A DNA stretch of 50,505 bases, counting the filler, from Bipalium vagum (lineage: Eukaryota): NCBI GenBank assembly GCA_037834085.1. It is 3 parts of 3 records of this genome, joined end to end, with 100 filler letters (N's around TTAATTAATTAA, not from the genome) between each part and the next. Parts side by side here need not be neighbours in the genome. Positions count along the whole stretch, not along the records: positions 17,280 to 33,240 come from JBBMKC010135768.1; positions 33,341 to 50,505 come from JBBMKC010076257.1; 1 more part is not named here. One strand, 5' to 3'. The translations under genes were made by a program, and so were the position numbers. Below, piece by piece: positions 30,288 to 43,000 of the stretch. A model generated the notes under the pieces. That model saw only the letters and a program-made list of their open reading frames with translations. It was not told where the DNA came from and made no database searches. How positions within the stretch are numbered: position 1 is the stretch's first letter; every line of letters begins with the position of its first letter.

Positions 30288-32314
30288 ATTTATATTTTAT
30301 TAAAACGAATTTTTAAATACAATTATTTTCAATTATCAATAAATTATCAATCATAAATAATAATGAAAATCCGTTTTCATTTCATTTATAAAAATTTTAT
30401 TCAACGAAAAAAACAACCTTAGAAATAATAATTATTAACATTTAGAAGCTGACTTAATTGAATTCTCTATTAATTGATAAGCAGAACGGTCTACAACAAT
30501 TAAGTCAAAAATAAAAAATGACACTCTTAGTATTTAAACATTTATTATAAATCACTTTTTATAACTATAATCCATTTCCGATCCATTTAACATATTTTGA
30601 GTTTTCTGTCTAATGAAGTTGAAAGTTTCAAAACAGTAAATTTGTCAATAAAAAATTTTTTAAATGATAGAAAATCGTATGGAATTCTAATAGATTAATT
30701 ATATTGGTGTGATCAATTCAAAAATAAAATTGTAAAAATTTTAATTTCGGGGTACCGAATAAATATATACCGTAATTGGTTAATAGAACATTAATTGATG
30801 GCCTTTTAAAAATTACAGTACCAAAAGTATTGAGCCCGAAAACATAGTTTTATCAATCGTGAACGGATAATTATCTGTAAAATACCAAAAATTATTTTAC
30901 AAAATCAATAAGTATAATAATTTTATGGTACCAGTATTCACCGCTCTTTTTATTTCTGAATCGAAGCAAATTGTCAAAAGTCAATTAAAGAATCCCCATT
31001 GACTTGACATGATTTGATTGACATTAATAAAATTCCAAGGGTCATCGAGATATATTTGCATAATTAAAAGTCGTCAAATGTCAAAGTTCAAAAGTAACAG
31101 AAAAGCAAAAAACGCATTATATCAATAATTATTAATATATTAAATAAAATTTCATAAAATCAATATTCATATCATAACTCGAAAATTATAAAAAAATTTG
31201 GTAAAAACAAAAAATAAATTTTAGAAAAACTAAGCTGCTCATTTTCAGAAGAAATATGATACTAATAAAAATAATAGTGAAATTAATTAAAAAATAACCA
31301 ATCAAGATAATTAAAACAACAATAGAATAATATTAATAGAAGTTTAATTAAAACTCAGCAAACCAAAGCACAAAATCGGTGAACCAGTACAAAGACTGCC
31401 GCATCATAACTGTCTTCCGAATTTAATTCAAACAAAACTGTAAAAGATCCATTCCAGAAATTAGTAAAATAATTGAAAACTTATCTCAAAATTCATATCG
31501 ATTTTCGTTGATTGAAAAGTTTCTTTAAAATTTATTAATTAAAATATTTAGATATAACAAAACTGGTTGAAATTTCCATTTTTCGTAATTAGTAAACGAT
31601 TGGATGATAATGTACATTATAATTTAAATTTGACAAAAGTCAGAATTAGAAATACTCAGAAAAATAATTCGAATTATATTTAATTTTACTCAGTGGAAAT
31701 AAAATAATAATTAATCAAGATAAAATATGATAAACAAAAAATACACTTGTAACTCGTAAATTCTACTCTCTTTGTGATGTTCGGGAGGTTGGTTACTGAA
31801 AAATCTTGGTTATTCTGATAATCAATATTACAATGCAGCTGGATTTTAACATTTAGGACGTTTATCCATAACGTAAAATTGGAACGTTAATCTTGAAATA
31901 AAAAATCTTTTTAAATTGGAAATATTATTTTCAAGATAAATTGATAACAATTTTCTCAATTTTTTTCAAGTCATACATTATGATGCATTGATCAAATTTG
32001 CGCTCGAAATTATTAAAAGATTTTTAATTCAAATGGAAAAGAGTATTGTGTGTTGGAAATGCATCCATTTAAATAAATTCTCACAATAATTGTATTTATT
32101 TTTAACTGGATTTGATTTCGTTTCTGAAATATCCATTACGTTGGCAACACGAGCTGCAGATGCCTGTAATCGAACTTTAACGACTTCTAAAGGTGATGTA
32201 ACTAATGCTGCAACTGTTCCACCAACTCTAATTATTAATTTTCAATTATTGATCTCAACATGAAATAATTACTTACCCACCAGCAATTAGGTGGGTCATT
32301 TCTGGACTTATCAT
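19009..32314 (-). CDS. SLC25A36: Mitochondrial pyrimidine nucleotide carrier, SLC25A33/SLC25A36 (Rim2-like), complete 7-exon gene
   Basis: Exons: 32277-32314 ([13 protein letters not shown]), 32085-32227 ([21 protein letters not shown]...), 28994-29132 (..[21 protein letters not shown]), 28846-28946 (SVYFSSY..), 27202-27268 ([16 protein letters not shown]), 23468-23781 ([23 protein letters not shown]), 19009-19232 ([36 protein letters not shown]). All three carrier signature motifs are present; PIW in repeat 2 and [13 protein letters not shown] in repeat 3 are typical of SLC25A33/36. The exon 2 donor (32084) is the least certain boundary. The symbol denotes a co-orthologue of vertebrate SLC25A33 and SLC25A36. 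Confidence 0.93.
22566..23111. mobile_element. piggyBac-type non-autonomous element (MITE) in SLC25A36 intron 6
   Basis: Perfect terminal inverted repeats CCCATTTCATTCCA (from 22566) and TGGAATGAAATGGG (to 23111), flanked on both sides by TTAA (22562-22565 and 23112-23115). No coding capacity. Confidence 0.88.
27636..28306 (+). mobile_element. Internally deleted mariner retaining both TIRs, in SLC25A36 intron 4 (antisense to the gene)
   Basis: Imperfect TIRs TTAAGGTGGGTTATAAGTTTT and AAAATCTATGACTCACCATAG, each flanked by TA. Interior motifs [42 protein letters not shown] and [18 protein letters not shown]. The N-terminal DNA-binding half is missing. Confidence 0.88.
30236..30284. repeat. 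(ATT)n microsatellite
   Basis: Perfect ATT run in SLC25A36 intron 2. Confidence 0.95.
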
Positions 32315-33240
32315 AAATACTCTAAAATTAATATGATATCTTATTAATTAAAATAAAGCTAAGTTAATCCAAATACATGTGATCTTAAACTACATTAAGG
32401 TCATTGAACATTCATAATACGCATGAACATATTAATATAAAAACAAAACAAAAAATTATTAATTAATATTTTATATTTAATAAAATTTAATTTACAAAGC
32501 ATTTTATTTTATATATTTTACATGTTTTATGACAAAATTTTCTACAATTAAAAGAGTACATCAAATGTAGTTTAATTTATTAACTTTATCATTTTTCTTT
32601 AACCACATTACGTAAACATAAAGACTACTTTGTTTAAAAATTAAAATTTTAAAAATGTAATTAAGCAATGTACTAATTGTATACATGGATGGTGAAGTTG
32701 ATTCGCAGATTAACTTTAACAAGAAAAGAAATAAGCTTTAAAATTAGTAAATCTATTTTTATTTGATTATTGAAGTCCATATACTTAAAAAATTATCATT
32801 TCAATATTCGCGGATGCATCATTCATGTATTATGATTGCACCTCAGTACAATTAAAAAAATATTTATATACACTGCCACTCAATAGTTTGGATACACTTG
32901 TCCGAAACTATATAATAAGTTTTTTAAAGCATTATTATTTTTTAAAAAATTCATTAGAAAAAAAGTCTCTACAACGCCAAAACAAACTTTTAGCTGAATA
33001 TTCCAGTTTTAGGCCTATAAAATAGGCCTGACATGAAAAATGATAAAGTGGCCTTTTATATCTGATAGAGACAATTTTGAATTATACTAAACCTTCAAGA
33101 CCATTTTGTTATAGCTATGTGGAGACTACGTACAACAACATTGCAGTACCATCAAAACAATCCAAACCAAGCGGATCAACTCATGCGAACCCTGCAACAG
33201 AGCCAAATCCCAGATCCTGAGTCAGCCAATATCAAAATTC

Positions 33241-33340
33241 NNNNNNNNNNNNNNNNNNNNNNNNNNNNNNNNNNNNNNNNNNNNTTAATTAATTAANNNN
33301 NNNNNNNNNNNNNNNNNNNNNNNNNNNNNNNNNNNNNNNN
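33241..33340. other. Assembly gap with TTAATTAATTAA linker
   Basis: N-run with a central six-frame-stop spacer; it may hide the first ferlin exons. Confidence 0.97.
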
Positions 33341-33444
33341 CTACATCTATGGTTAATATATATTTCATTATATGGAGGAGGGGGTCGTTTAAAATTTCAT
33401 AAGCTTGAAGGGGGTCGCTATATAAAAAATTTTAAGAAGCCCTG
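33341..33444. mobile_element. Probable hAT-type MITE end next to the assembly gap
   Basis: Ends in tttaagaagccctg (reverse complement CAGGGCTTCTTAAA, typical of hAT/Charlie termini), with subterminal agggggtcg repeated twice. Confidence 0.5.
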
Positions 33445-35363
33445 CTATAGAGCAACAAATAAGAAACATTGGTTATAAAAGATGATAATCTTCATCGATA
33501 CAAAAAGAAATAATCTCTTTGCTTTTCTGTGTAAGTATGTGGGAAGAAAAAATAGTCTGAATGTCAAAATCTAAAATCCAAGGTGTTTCCGATAAAACCG
33601 AAACATTCTTGACAAATTAAGAATTGATCATAAATCATCAAACAAAGATTGGATGATTCAGAGATTTTTTATAACTGGCTAATAAATTTGAACTTCATAG
33701 TGAAAACTAAGAATCGCAAAATATTGTTAGTGTTAGATAATTGTTGGTTGATATTTTCAAAATATTAACAAAATTAAATATATCTTTATACATCTTCTGA
33801 AAGTAGTTGATCATTGAATAACTTCAAATGCAAACTAAAATATTTTATTATCCTTTCAAATTTGTGTAAAGGTGTTAAAGGTAAGGCAAATATATGGCTA
33901 TGCAAAGAGATTTTTGAAGACTACAGTTTCATAATGATCCTTGCAATATTCTTATCAACATATATTGTTGAAAAATCAAACAAAAGATTAAGTTTAGAAA
34001 GCCTATAGAATAAATATTAATAAGAATTATGATGATAAAGAAGCTTTAAATGGTCAGATATATTATTTAGTTAACCAATCTCAAAGAAAAAGAAAATAAT
34101 CAGAATCTTCAAAACATAAAACTGTACAATGTTTTTTTCAGTCAAAGAATTGGAGTTCCTTGTTTGGAATATACAATTTCATACGTCTTTTTTTCATGCA
34201 ATCTTTTTGATTTATAAATCTAATTTTTTATATAATTGCAATATTTATTTATTATTATTGTTTTTTCATCAATCCGCTCTTATAAAGAATCTTCAAACTT
34301 ACCGAATCCTGTTTCTTTTGATTATTACCATATACAAAGATGCTTATGATATTTTGATATTACATATAAAATATTTAATTCGATGTAAACTCTATGTTTT
34401 ATATACTTTCTTTTTTAAAGACTTGAAAAATTGTACTTTAAGTCATCTGCAATATTTCTTTATAGAAGAAATGTCAGTAGAAGCATTTTATGGACGAATT
34501 TCTAGATTGTAAAGAATTTCGATTAATGTAGAAGAATTTCTGGTTTCTATATTACTTCAATAATCTTTATTTCTAGATTTACAATATATATATTATCATA
34601 TTTAATTTAATCAAATCAAAAATCCCTCCTCAATATAATTAAAAGGATTAAATTGTTTGTCTTTAAATTCTTGTTTTCTCCTAAGATGTGAACACTATTG
34701 ATTTTTGTCTCTTCAAGATTTTTATGAAAGTCATTGTTTAAATGTTTTTCTTAATTTAAAAGGATTAATTTAAGAAAATTTTTCAATGACATTCACTGTT
34801 TTTAGGTAGAAAATCATGGAAATGTGGTAATTGAATACAGAAAGTTTATTGATTTTTCAGATTTTGTAATAAATTTTTTCCTTTAGATAAAATTAATATT
34901 ACAAATTAATTTAAATAATGACATAATATAAAAAATTTAGATTCAAAATTTTATTTATTAATTTATAATTCCAATGTTGAAAATAATTAAGTTGAAAAAT
35001 ACATTATATTTTCTAAAATATATGGTGCATCAGAAAAAGTCTGGCAAGCATGAATATGGAAAAAATATAGAAACTAAATTGAAATATTTCAAAGTTATAT
35101 TTGTTACAGTACAGTATTTAACAATACAAATGCAAAAGATACATAATGAAATCAATTTCCGCGCAAAAATAACTGAATGGTTGATTTTAGTTTTCCCATG
35201 AGTGTCTGACATCCACTTGGCTGATGTAATTTACTTGATTACGCCACTTATACCTGAAGTCTTTAAGGTTGGCTGTTTTAAATTTTGTTCCTTTAATCTT
35301 AGATTTTATATTGACCCAATAGCACTCGATCGCGTAATTCCGGACAATTTTGTAGATTATTAC

Positions 35364-35558
35364 TGCAGAGACATTATATTTTAATTGCGCATTGATAGAC
35401 TTTTATTTTGCATTTTTTTTTCTAAATTTTATTTCAAATTATTTTATTTTTTTAAATTTTTTATGAAATTTATATATAGTCTTAATAGGTCTTATATCAA
35501 CTATTATACACTAAGTAAATCTAATTTCTTACCCTATTGAATTCTGGAATGAAATGGG
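35364..35558. mobile_element. Second, internally deleted copy of the piggyBac-type MITE
   Basis: Shares tgcagagacat..ttttaattgcgcattga, tagtcttaatagg..tatatcaactattataca and the right end ttgaattctggaatgaaatggg with the 22566-23111 element. Confidence 0.8.
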
Positions 35559-35710
35559 TAATTACGTTAATTATTAACCAAAATTGTTATGTGTTTTTAT
35601 TTTCTAAAGAAAAATATGAAAATTCAAGAATCCAAAAGATAAATAAGAGTATAAGAACATAATAAATATTTATTAAAAATTTTAAATTAAAATTGTTTCA
35701 GATTAAACTT

Positions 35711-35907
35711 AAATGCTTGAACAACCCGAATAAATTTTGTTATATATACGGGGGTTTTGTTACTGCTAAGAAAAACAGAAAAGTAATAAAAAAATATCGA
35801 AATCCATTATGCAGCATAGTTATGAATCAAGTTAGGTGATCAAGATGGACTCCACATATTTGGAGTTCCAATGATATGGAGAGAGCAAACAAATCATTTA
35901 GATGATA
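35711..35907 (+). mobile_element. Fossil N-terminal fragment of a Chapaev(3)-like DNA transposase
   Basis: Reads KCLNNPNKFCYIYGGF ... IKLGDQD..TPHI / FGVPMIWREQTNHLDD. This matches the C.N.P..FCYICG / KLGDQDK.WAPH / PFGVPM.WRE..NH..DCYFC pattern of a widespread invertebrate DNA transposon family. The superfamily name is from memory and needs a database check. Confidence 0.65.
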
Positions 35908-36114
35908 ATCAAAGCATGATATTAAATAAAAATTTTTTTCAATATTTATTATTAAATTCAATGTAAATGAACTTAAATGAATCGATCTCATAGAAAAAGA
36001 TGCTGATGAAATGACTAGTTACAAAGATATCTTATTCTGTTAATCTTTTTTCTGCTTTCTACTTTTTAGATTACTTATCTGTTTAAAAAAATTATGTTTA
36101 TGTCACTGTTTTAG

Positions 36115-39100
36115 ACTTCTTGGTCAAGCAGAAATACCACTAAAAGATTTGATAAAAGTTCAAAAGGAGAGTGAAATTCAGGCTCCACTTGTTGATGCAA
36201 ACAACCGTCCAAACGCTGTATGTTAATTTTTTATCAATCATACTAAAGTAAAACTTTTATAAATAATAATAAATATATAATGTTAATATAATAATGTATT
36301 TGATATCAATTTATGATAATGCTTTATAATTAATAATAATAATAAAAAAAATAATAATAAAATGAGTAAAATGATTTTTCGTATTTTTAAGAACAATTCA
36401 AAGTCGATATTTTACTATTATACAAAATTTTATTTAATAACATACGCATCATTTAAACATAAAATAATATTTTTCTTCTAAAATGAAGAAAATTATGGGG
36501 TTCAATTTTTAATACAAATGTTTTTGAGTATTCATTATTAAATAGAAAGAATTCAAGAAATCAGAATGATATTTGACTCAATATGATACAAAAATGGTAA
36601 TTCTATTATTTGTCAAGGCAATTGATGAAAAATAATTATCTCAATCATCAAGTAATAAAATCCAAAGAAATGTTGAAGTTCATCAGTTCTCTGATCATTA
36701 ATTTATAATTAATTTAGTGAGTTTATTTTTGTTTGGTTTGTCTGCGAAGTAGAACAGTAATTCAGAAAAGCATGAAAGTAACAGTGAGCCATAAAAACTA
36801 ATCGGCAGTCGATTTTTAGTGTAATTACTACAGAAATTTGATAGATGTTTATGACGGGGCATGATATTTAATTGATTTTATATTGTTTCGAATATATAGA
36901 AAACTAATACTTAAATGATCAAAAAAATAAAATTCCTTTGATATAAGATCTTTTAAGGTTTTTTGAGAAGAGGAATTTTGAAATTTGGTCACTATGAAAG
37001 GACGTCAACTACGAAAAATTACGTCAATATGAAATAAATTCAGTTATTAAAAATTATAACTTAGTTTCTATTTTACACAAGGGTTCTTTTCATTTGACTT
37101 TTCTTATTTTATTTCCGGTTATTAATTTCGTCAACCTAATTTAAGTCTGTTTTCTTTATCTATAGAGCTTCTAAATCTTTATTTTAGATGACTAACTTTC
37201 TTATGAACTATAGCTCCATAGTGATATTTCTAATAAATTGTTATAATAAATAAAATTTTGTAAAAGAAAACTCGTATTGTCTTGGACAATTTGCTTTATT
37301 TGGTGTCATTGGGAATGTAATAGGAATGATCAGAACAATGCCATAGTTGTTTTGAGTCCGATATAGCCAAAGAATTGAGCACCAGATGATTGTTAAGTAT
37401 TGTTAAGTAATTCAAGAATATCAAACGTATTTCTGGTTTAATGATCAAAAATCTGGAATAAGGTAGTATCATTGGTTACTACTATCTAATATACTCTTCC
37501 ACAAAAATACTACAATTTAAAAAAACGAATTTCTTTTAAAATTATACCATACCAACAAATTTAATGATAGAGTTAATAACTCGTATGTCATCCTCGTTTC
37601 TCAATACATTCGGTGATTCTTTTGTCCATGCTTAAAATTAAATTTTGAAAATCTTCTTGAGGTTATTTCCTTCAAATAACGTGCAGCATTTAATGTACCA
37701 TCAATAACAACTTCACTGCTCTAAACTTCCACAAAATGCCACACCATATCATAACACTTGCATCACTATAATATGCTGTCTATTATACTGCTTTATACTG
37801 CAATGAAGTCTAAAATATAAAACATGAAAGAATTTGTTTAACTGTATCCACGGTTGTATTATTTACAGTTTATAAAACCTGTTTATTCAGGATTATAAAA
37901 TATATAATAATAATGAGTTGAGTAAAGAACTTTTATTAACCCTGTTTGTTAGGATGATACTGTCAGAGATCCGACTCAATGAATTGGAAAAAATGTGATT
38001 ATCCTCTGAAGGATTAAAAACCTTTTGACCTTAATACCACTGTCGTTAAATTATAGATTTAAAAGGGAGCTGAAGTTTTCATAAACATTAATATATAAAT
38101 TATCTGCAGAAGTCTTCTACATGAATCAACCTTGTGAAAATAACTTGGAAGAAATTTAACTATACAATTATTTAAAGAAAATTTGATAAAAATAATTACA
38201 TACATGGTATCAACTCTTAAAAATGATTTTTTTATCTAATTAAAATAAAAATATACTTATACTACTTATGAAAATTTAGTACACTATTACAGAATATTAT
38301 TAAAGAATATATAATATTATTATTCCTAAATTTTTCAAAAAAAAGTAATTGTGCCTAACATTTTCCTGCCAGCAATTTATGAATTACCTGAATGTGTAGG
38401 TTTAAATTTTTGTTTCAAGATATTCTTCTAAGTTTATCTACTTATTACAATAAGTAATTCGCGTGCTTTATATAAATTACAAAATTGTTTAAAATTTTTA
38501 TAATTTTAAACTATCGTTTGGCGAGGTTTTCTATTAAGCAGAATAGCGTGTCTTTGATCTATTCAACATTTATTTCTGTTCAAGGTTATCTTCTAAAGAA
38601 ATTATATGAAAATTAATTTTTTCTTTCTTCTTATTTTGTTAACTAATTTTTGACTAGTGAGTTAACAAACAGTTAACTCTTCCTCATTTGATCAATTATT
38701 TAATTAATATAAATTCTCCATATCTCTTTCCAAATCACATCGATTTATGTTCTTGATTTTATGTATTTGTTGACTTAATACATTTGAAGAGTCGTACTGA
38801 AAGGAATGTCAGCTGTTTTGTCAAATCTATGAACCACTATATGAAGAAATTTGCTGAGTTTTCATTGAAAAAATGTTATTTCGTTTTACAGGGGCATTTA
38901 TTGAAAAACAAGCTCTTAGATTTTCATTGATTTTATATTTGTTTTAATAGCTATTTTAAAATCTAAAGGGAAAAATCACTATCATTATTTTATTATATAA
39001 AAAAGTATTTTTCGGAATTATGCTTACATTGTGATAATAAATTGATTTTAAAATCATTTAATTTTGTGTTATAGGTAATGTTGAATTATTTGATAAATTA

Positions 39101-40054
39101 AAACAATCGCCATAAAAGATTCTAATTTATAAATAATTTTGAAGATTAGTTTGATAAATATGATTAAAATTAAATTTGAAGCAAAAAATAAAACTATTAT
39201 AATCTAAAGATTGAATATATTATAAGTTGGCAACATTTATTGTTTACTATAGGATTGGCATTTCTGCAAATTAAGCAATATATATTGAAATAATATTCAC
39301 AATTTGTGTTAACTTTCCTTAAAATGTTTATGACGTTCAACAACCTTTGTAATAAAAATTAAGATATTGATCATAAATTTTCCATTGGTTATGTATAAGG
39401 AAGAGTACTTAAATCACCATTACTTTATTCCCACTTAGTTAAAAAAACCAAGTGTTAAATATATATACATTACTAAAAAATAAGTATAAAGAAAACTGAA
39501 ACAAAATTTATTCTGATAAATTAAAAAAATCAAACACTAAAACTAAAAATAAAATGATCATTAATAGTTTTTTCAAGAATTTTATAAAGAATTGAAGTAC
39601 TGTCAATAAAGATCTAAATTTTAAAGAAAATTTATGATAAAGAAACATACGTTTGATCCGAAATACCGCATAGATGAAAGTCAAATAATTTCCATTAAAA
39701 ATGAATTTTTGTATAATTGATGCAATATTATAATAAATCAATTTTAATGAAATACAGATTTGAGAAAATGGTTGACACTACGAGGCCTGGTCCTCTCATT
39801 AATATTATCTTTGAATAATCAATAACCAAAGAGAGTAATATTTAAAAATCTTTGGATCTCTACTTTTTTATTATGTATACAGTTTTGAAATTATCCATTA
39901 AAATTAACTTTTTACAATGATAATAATATTTTGGTTAAAATAATAAAAATAAAAATATTTAGGCAATTATAACGTTAAAAATGGTTTATCATGGTCCAAG
40001 AATTGACGGTGATGATAGTGGTAAATTTATTTTATTATTATTATTATTTTTCTT

Positions 40055-40097
<43 letters not shown>

Positions 40098-43000
40098 GAA
40101 AAATTCTAAATATTATAAAGAATAGAAATTAACGGTACTTATTAAGTCAATTCCAAACTATTAACTGTAGGAAAAGAAAACGTTTTTCATTATGTAGTTC
40201 ATATAATCTACATTTGTACGAATTAGATTTTTGGAAAAGGTACTATTAATAGTAATAAAAAAAAACCAATTATTTCTTTTTTAAATGAAGTAATTTTTGG
40301 ATTCAACCAATGAAAATAAACAATATTACTTTTTAGTAATTTATTCTTTCTAATTACAATAGAGTTAACTATTAAAAGTAATTATTTTAGTAATATTTAA
40401 TTATTCTTTCTTAAAATTTGATTTTCTTGTGAAATTTATCAAGGTAATTAAAAATAAAAATAATAATATATTTAAATAAAACTAAAGAATATTTCAAAAA
40501 AAAATTTGTTGCTGAAATATAACTACGAAAAAGAAATCATTTTATGAGATAAACAATTATCCGTTCTCATCTAGATTAACAAAATAAATCAGTTTTTTAT
40601 AACACACGCAATAATAATTAATACAAGTGCACTCAGAGATTGGTCAAACATTAAATTAATGAAATCTTAATAAAAAGGACTTAAGTATTCTAAATATTAT
40701 ATTTCTAAAAATAGATTTAAAGTTGTAAAATTTAATTACGTCAATTAAACCGTAACAATTATTCAATAGATAATATTAATTATAATACTCTCATGATATA
40801 TTTATACACAATTATGTGATTTAGATTAACTAAAATTTTGGCACATTGTTAAAAATTTTCCTATAAAATCGAAGTTTATTTAATTATTTAATTACTGATA
40901 TTAATAACAATTGGAAAAGGTCAACCAATTGTTATAGTCATTTTCACAGAGGTGGGATCTGCAAACCAATGAAATCCCGTTGATTATAACAGAGAATTGG
41001 TTATTGATTTTCAAGTATTGATCGTATTGTGCTACAAAATTAATCTCTCGATCTCTTTTTTTATTAGTTTCATTGAAATAGTGTTTGAAATTATTTTTAT
41101 TTTACAATGAGCGAAAGTGATAATAAAACTGATAAAGCTACTCCTAATGCTTTAGATCCTGGAGATGCTCAAGGAGGAGAAAAATTGACAAGTGAGTTGT
41201 TCATGTTTATATATTTTGTATTGAATTTTTGGTAAATTTATCAAAACGTTTGTTTATTTATTATTAAAATAAAACAAAATATATTTATTATTAACTTAAT
41301 TAATCATTTATTTACATAAAATATTCATGGAAAGAGTTACATTTCACTTAGAAATTGATTATGCGAATTATTTAAATTGAATAATGAAAATTATATAAAA
41401 AATCATTTTCTTTAATTTATTTATTCACATAATTTAAAAATTATTATTTATTAATGGTATTAATATTATACATTTAACATATACATTCTTATTATTATAT
41501 TAAAAAAATTCTTTTAAAATTTTTACTTTTTTATACAGTTTTATTGTGTATATCATGAGCAAAATTTATGTTGAGTTAGTAAATTATATATTTTTTTAGC
41601 TAAATTATTATTTATTCGGTAATCTTTTAAGGTAATGTAAAAAATAGTTTGCTCATTATTTGTATTATAGAGTTTTATCGATTCTTAATATCTTATTTCT
41701 TTTCTTTTTAGTTATCAAAAAATAATTTTTTTTGAGTATACAAATTAAAAAGAAAAAATTGAAATGTGCATATCGTCAATTTAATTAAAGTTTGGTATAA
41801 GATATTATAATATTAGTAAACTTTATTTTTATATATTAATTAATGGATTGTGCGGTAAACAAAACCGCGTCCTGATTTTTTAATGTTGAGCACCTTCGAA
41901 ATTTCAGATGTAGACTTTCCTCCTCGGTAAAGCTCAACTACAGCAGGCCTTTGACTTTCCATGGTTGGAGAATTAGTTAATATTTAAAAATAAGTGATGA
42001 TACCTATTTAAGTTAAAAATTAAAACAAAATTAAATTTGAAAAACGAAAAGTTCGCTTATAAATATTTTATTACAAAAATTGTCGCAAAACTTTTATGTC
42101 TACCTCTGTATATTGCGCTGAACAGAGGGCTCGAATTTTGGCGTTTAAATGTTTAAATGATTACTAAATAAAAGAATTTGATTACGAGATTTTGTATTAG
42201 TAGTAAACGTTCTTAAATATTTCTCATTTTATTATTTACTTATTCATATTATTATGTTTTTTTCGGGAATGAAAAAACTAACCAAATAATTAATAAATAT
42301 TTTGATGCAATTGTCAAATTTTTTTTAAATTTATAGCATGTAATTTTTCTGTTCAAACTTCGATTACACAGGTTACCATCAAATAGTAGTAATGAAAATA
42401 TAGTGAAGTAGCTTAGTGCTCAGAGCAGTTCATGCGCATGTGAAAGGTATCTCCGATTAATTTTCAACTAACATGGCAACCACAAAAGGAACCAACCTGC
42501 GGACGACGTCTCGAAAGTGAAAACAAAGGTAAAGAAAAATGAAATGGGAATAAGAGACTCGGGCGGTTAAGGGTCTATGAGCTTTAAAAGTGGGAATGTG
42601 ACATAAATTGAAAATTAATCGGGGAATGTAGCTCAGTTGTCATATCAGTTCATGCGCATTTGAAAAATTGGAATAATTGCATAATGTTCAATGAGAGGAC
42701 GCAAGGAATTAATGCCATTAAACCAAGTATTCGACGTCTCTTGAAAAATATAATTGGTCTTGGAAGTCATTCTTCCATTAAGTAAATATATAAGCCAAAG
42801 TGTTTTGATGGTGCTGACATTATATTTGTAGTTGGCGAATATCTAGATCAGTCAATTCCAGTGTATTTCAGCTCTTCAATTCACCACATAAAATTATTAG
42901 AGATACGGCAATCTCTTCATTAATTGGTGCCGCTTTAAATCTTGGTCTATTCAACCGAGTTACACTCGATCAAGCTTTCGAATGGTTTAATCGTGGTAAC

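Noticed and set aside
34129-35384. F/I/L/K/Y-rich ORFs (34129-34512, 34974-35201, 35202-35384, and similar ones at 19416-21000, 39508, 48990)
   Set aside because: Composition expected from random AT-rich DNA; no motifs and no coherent splice structure. None matches the missing ferlin C2A exons.
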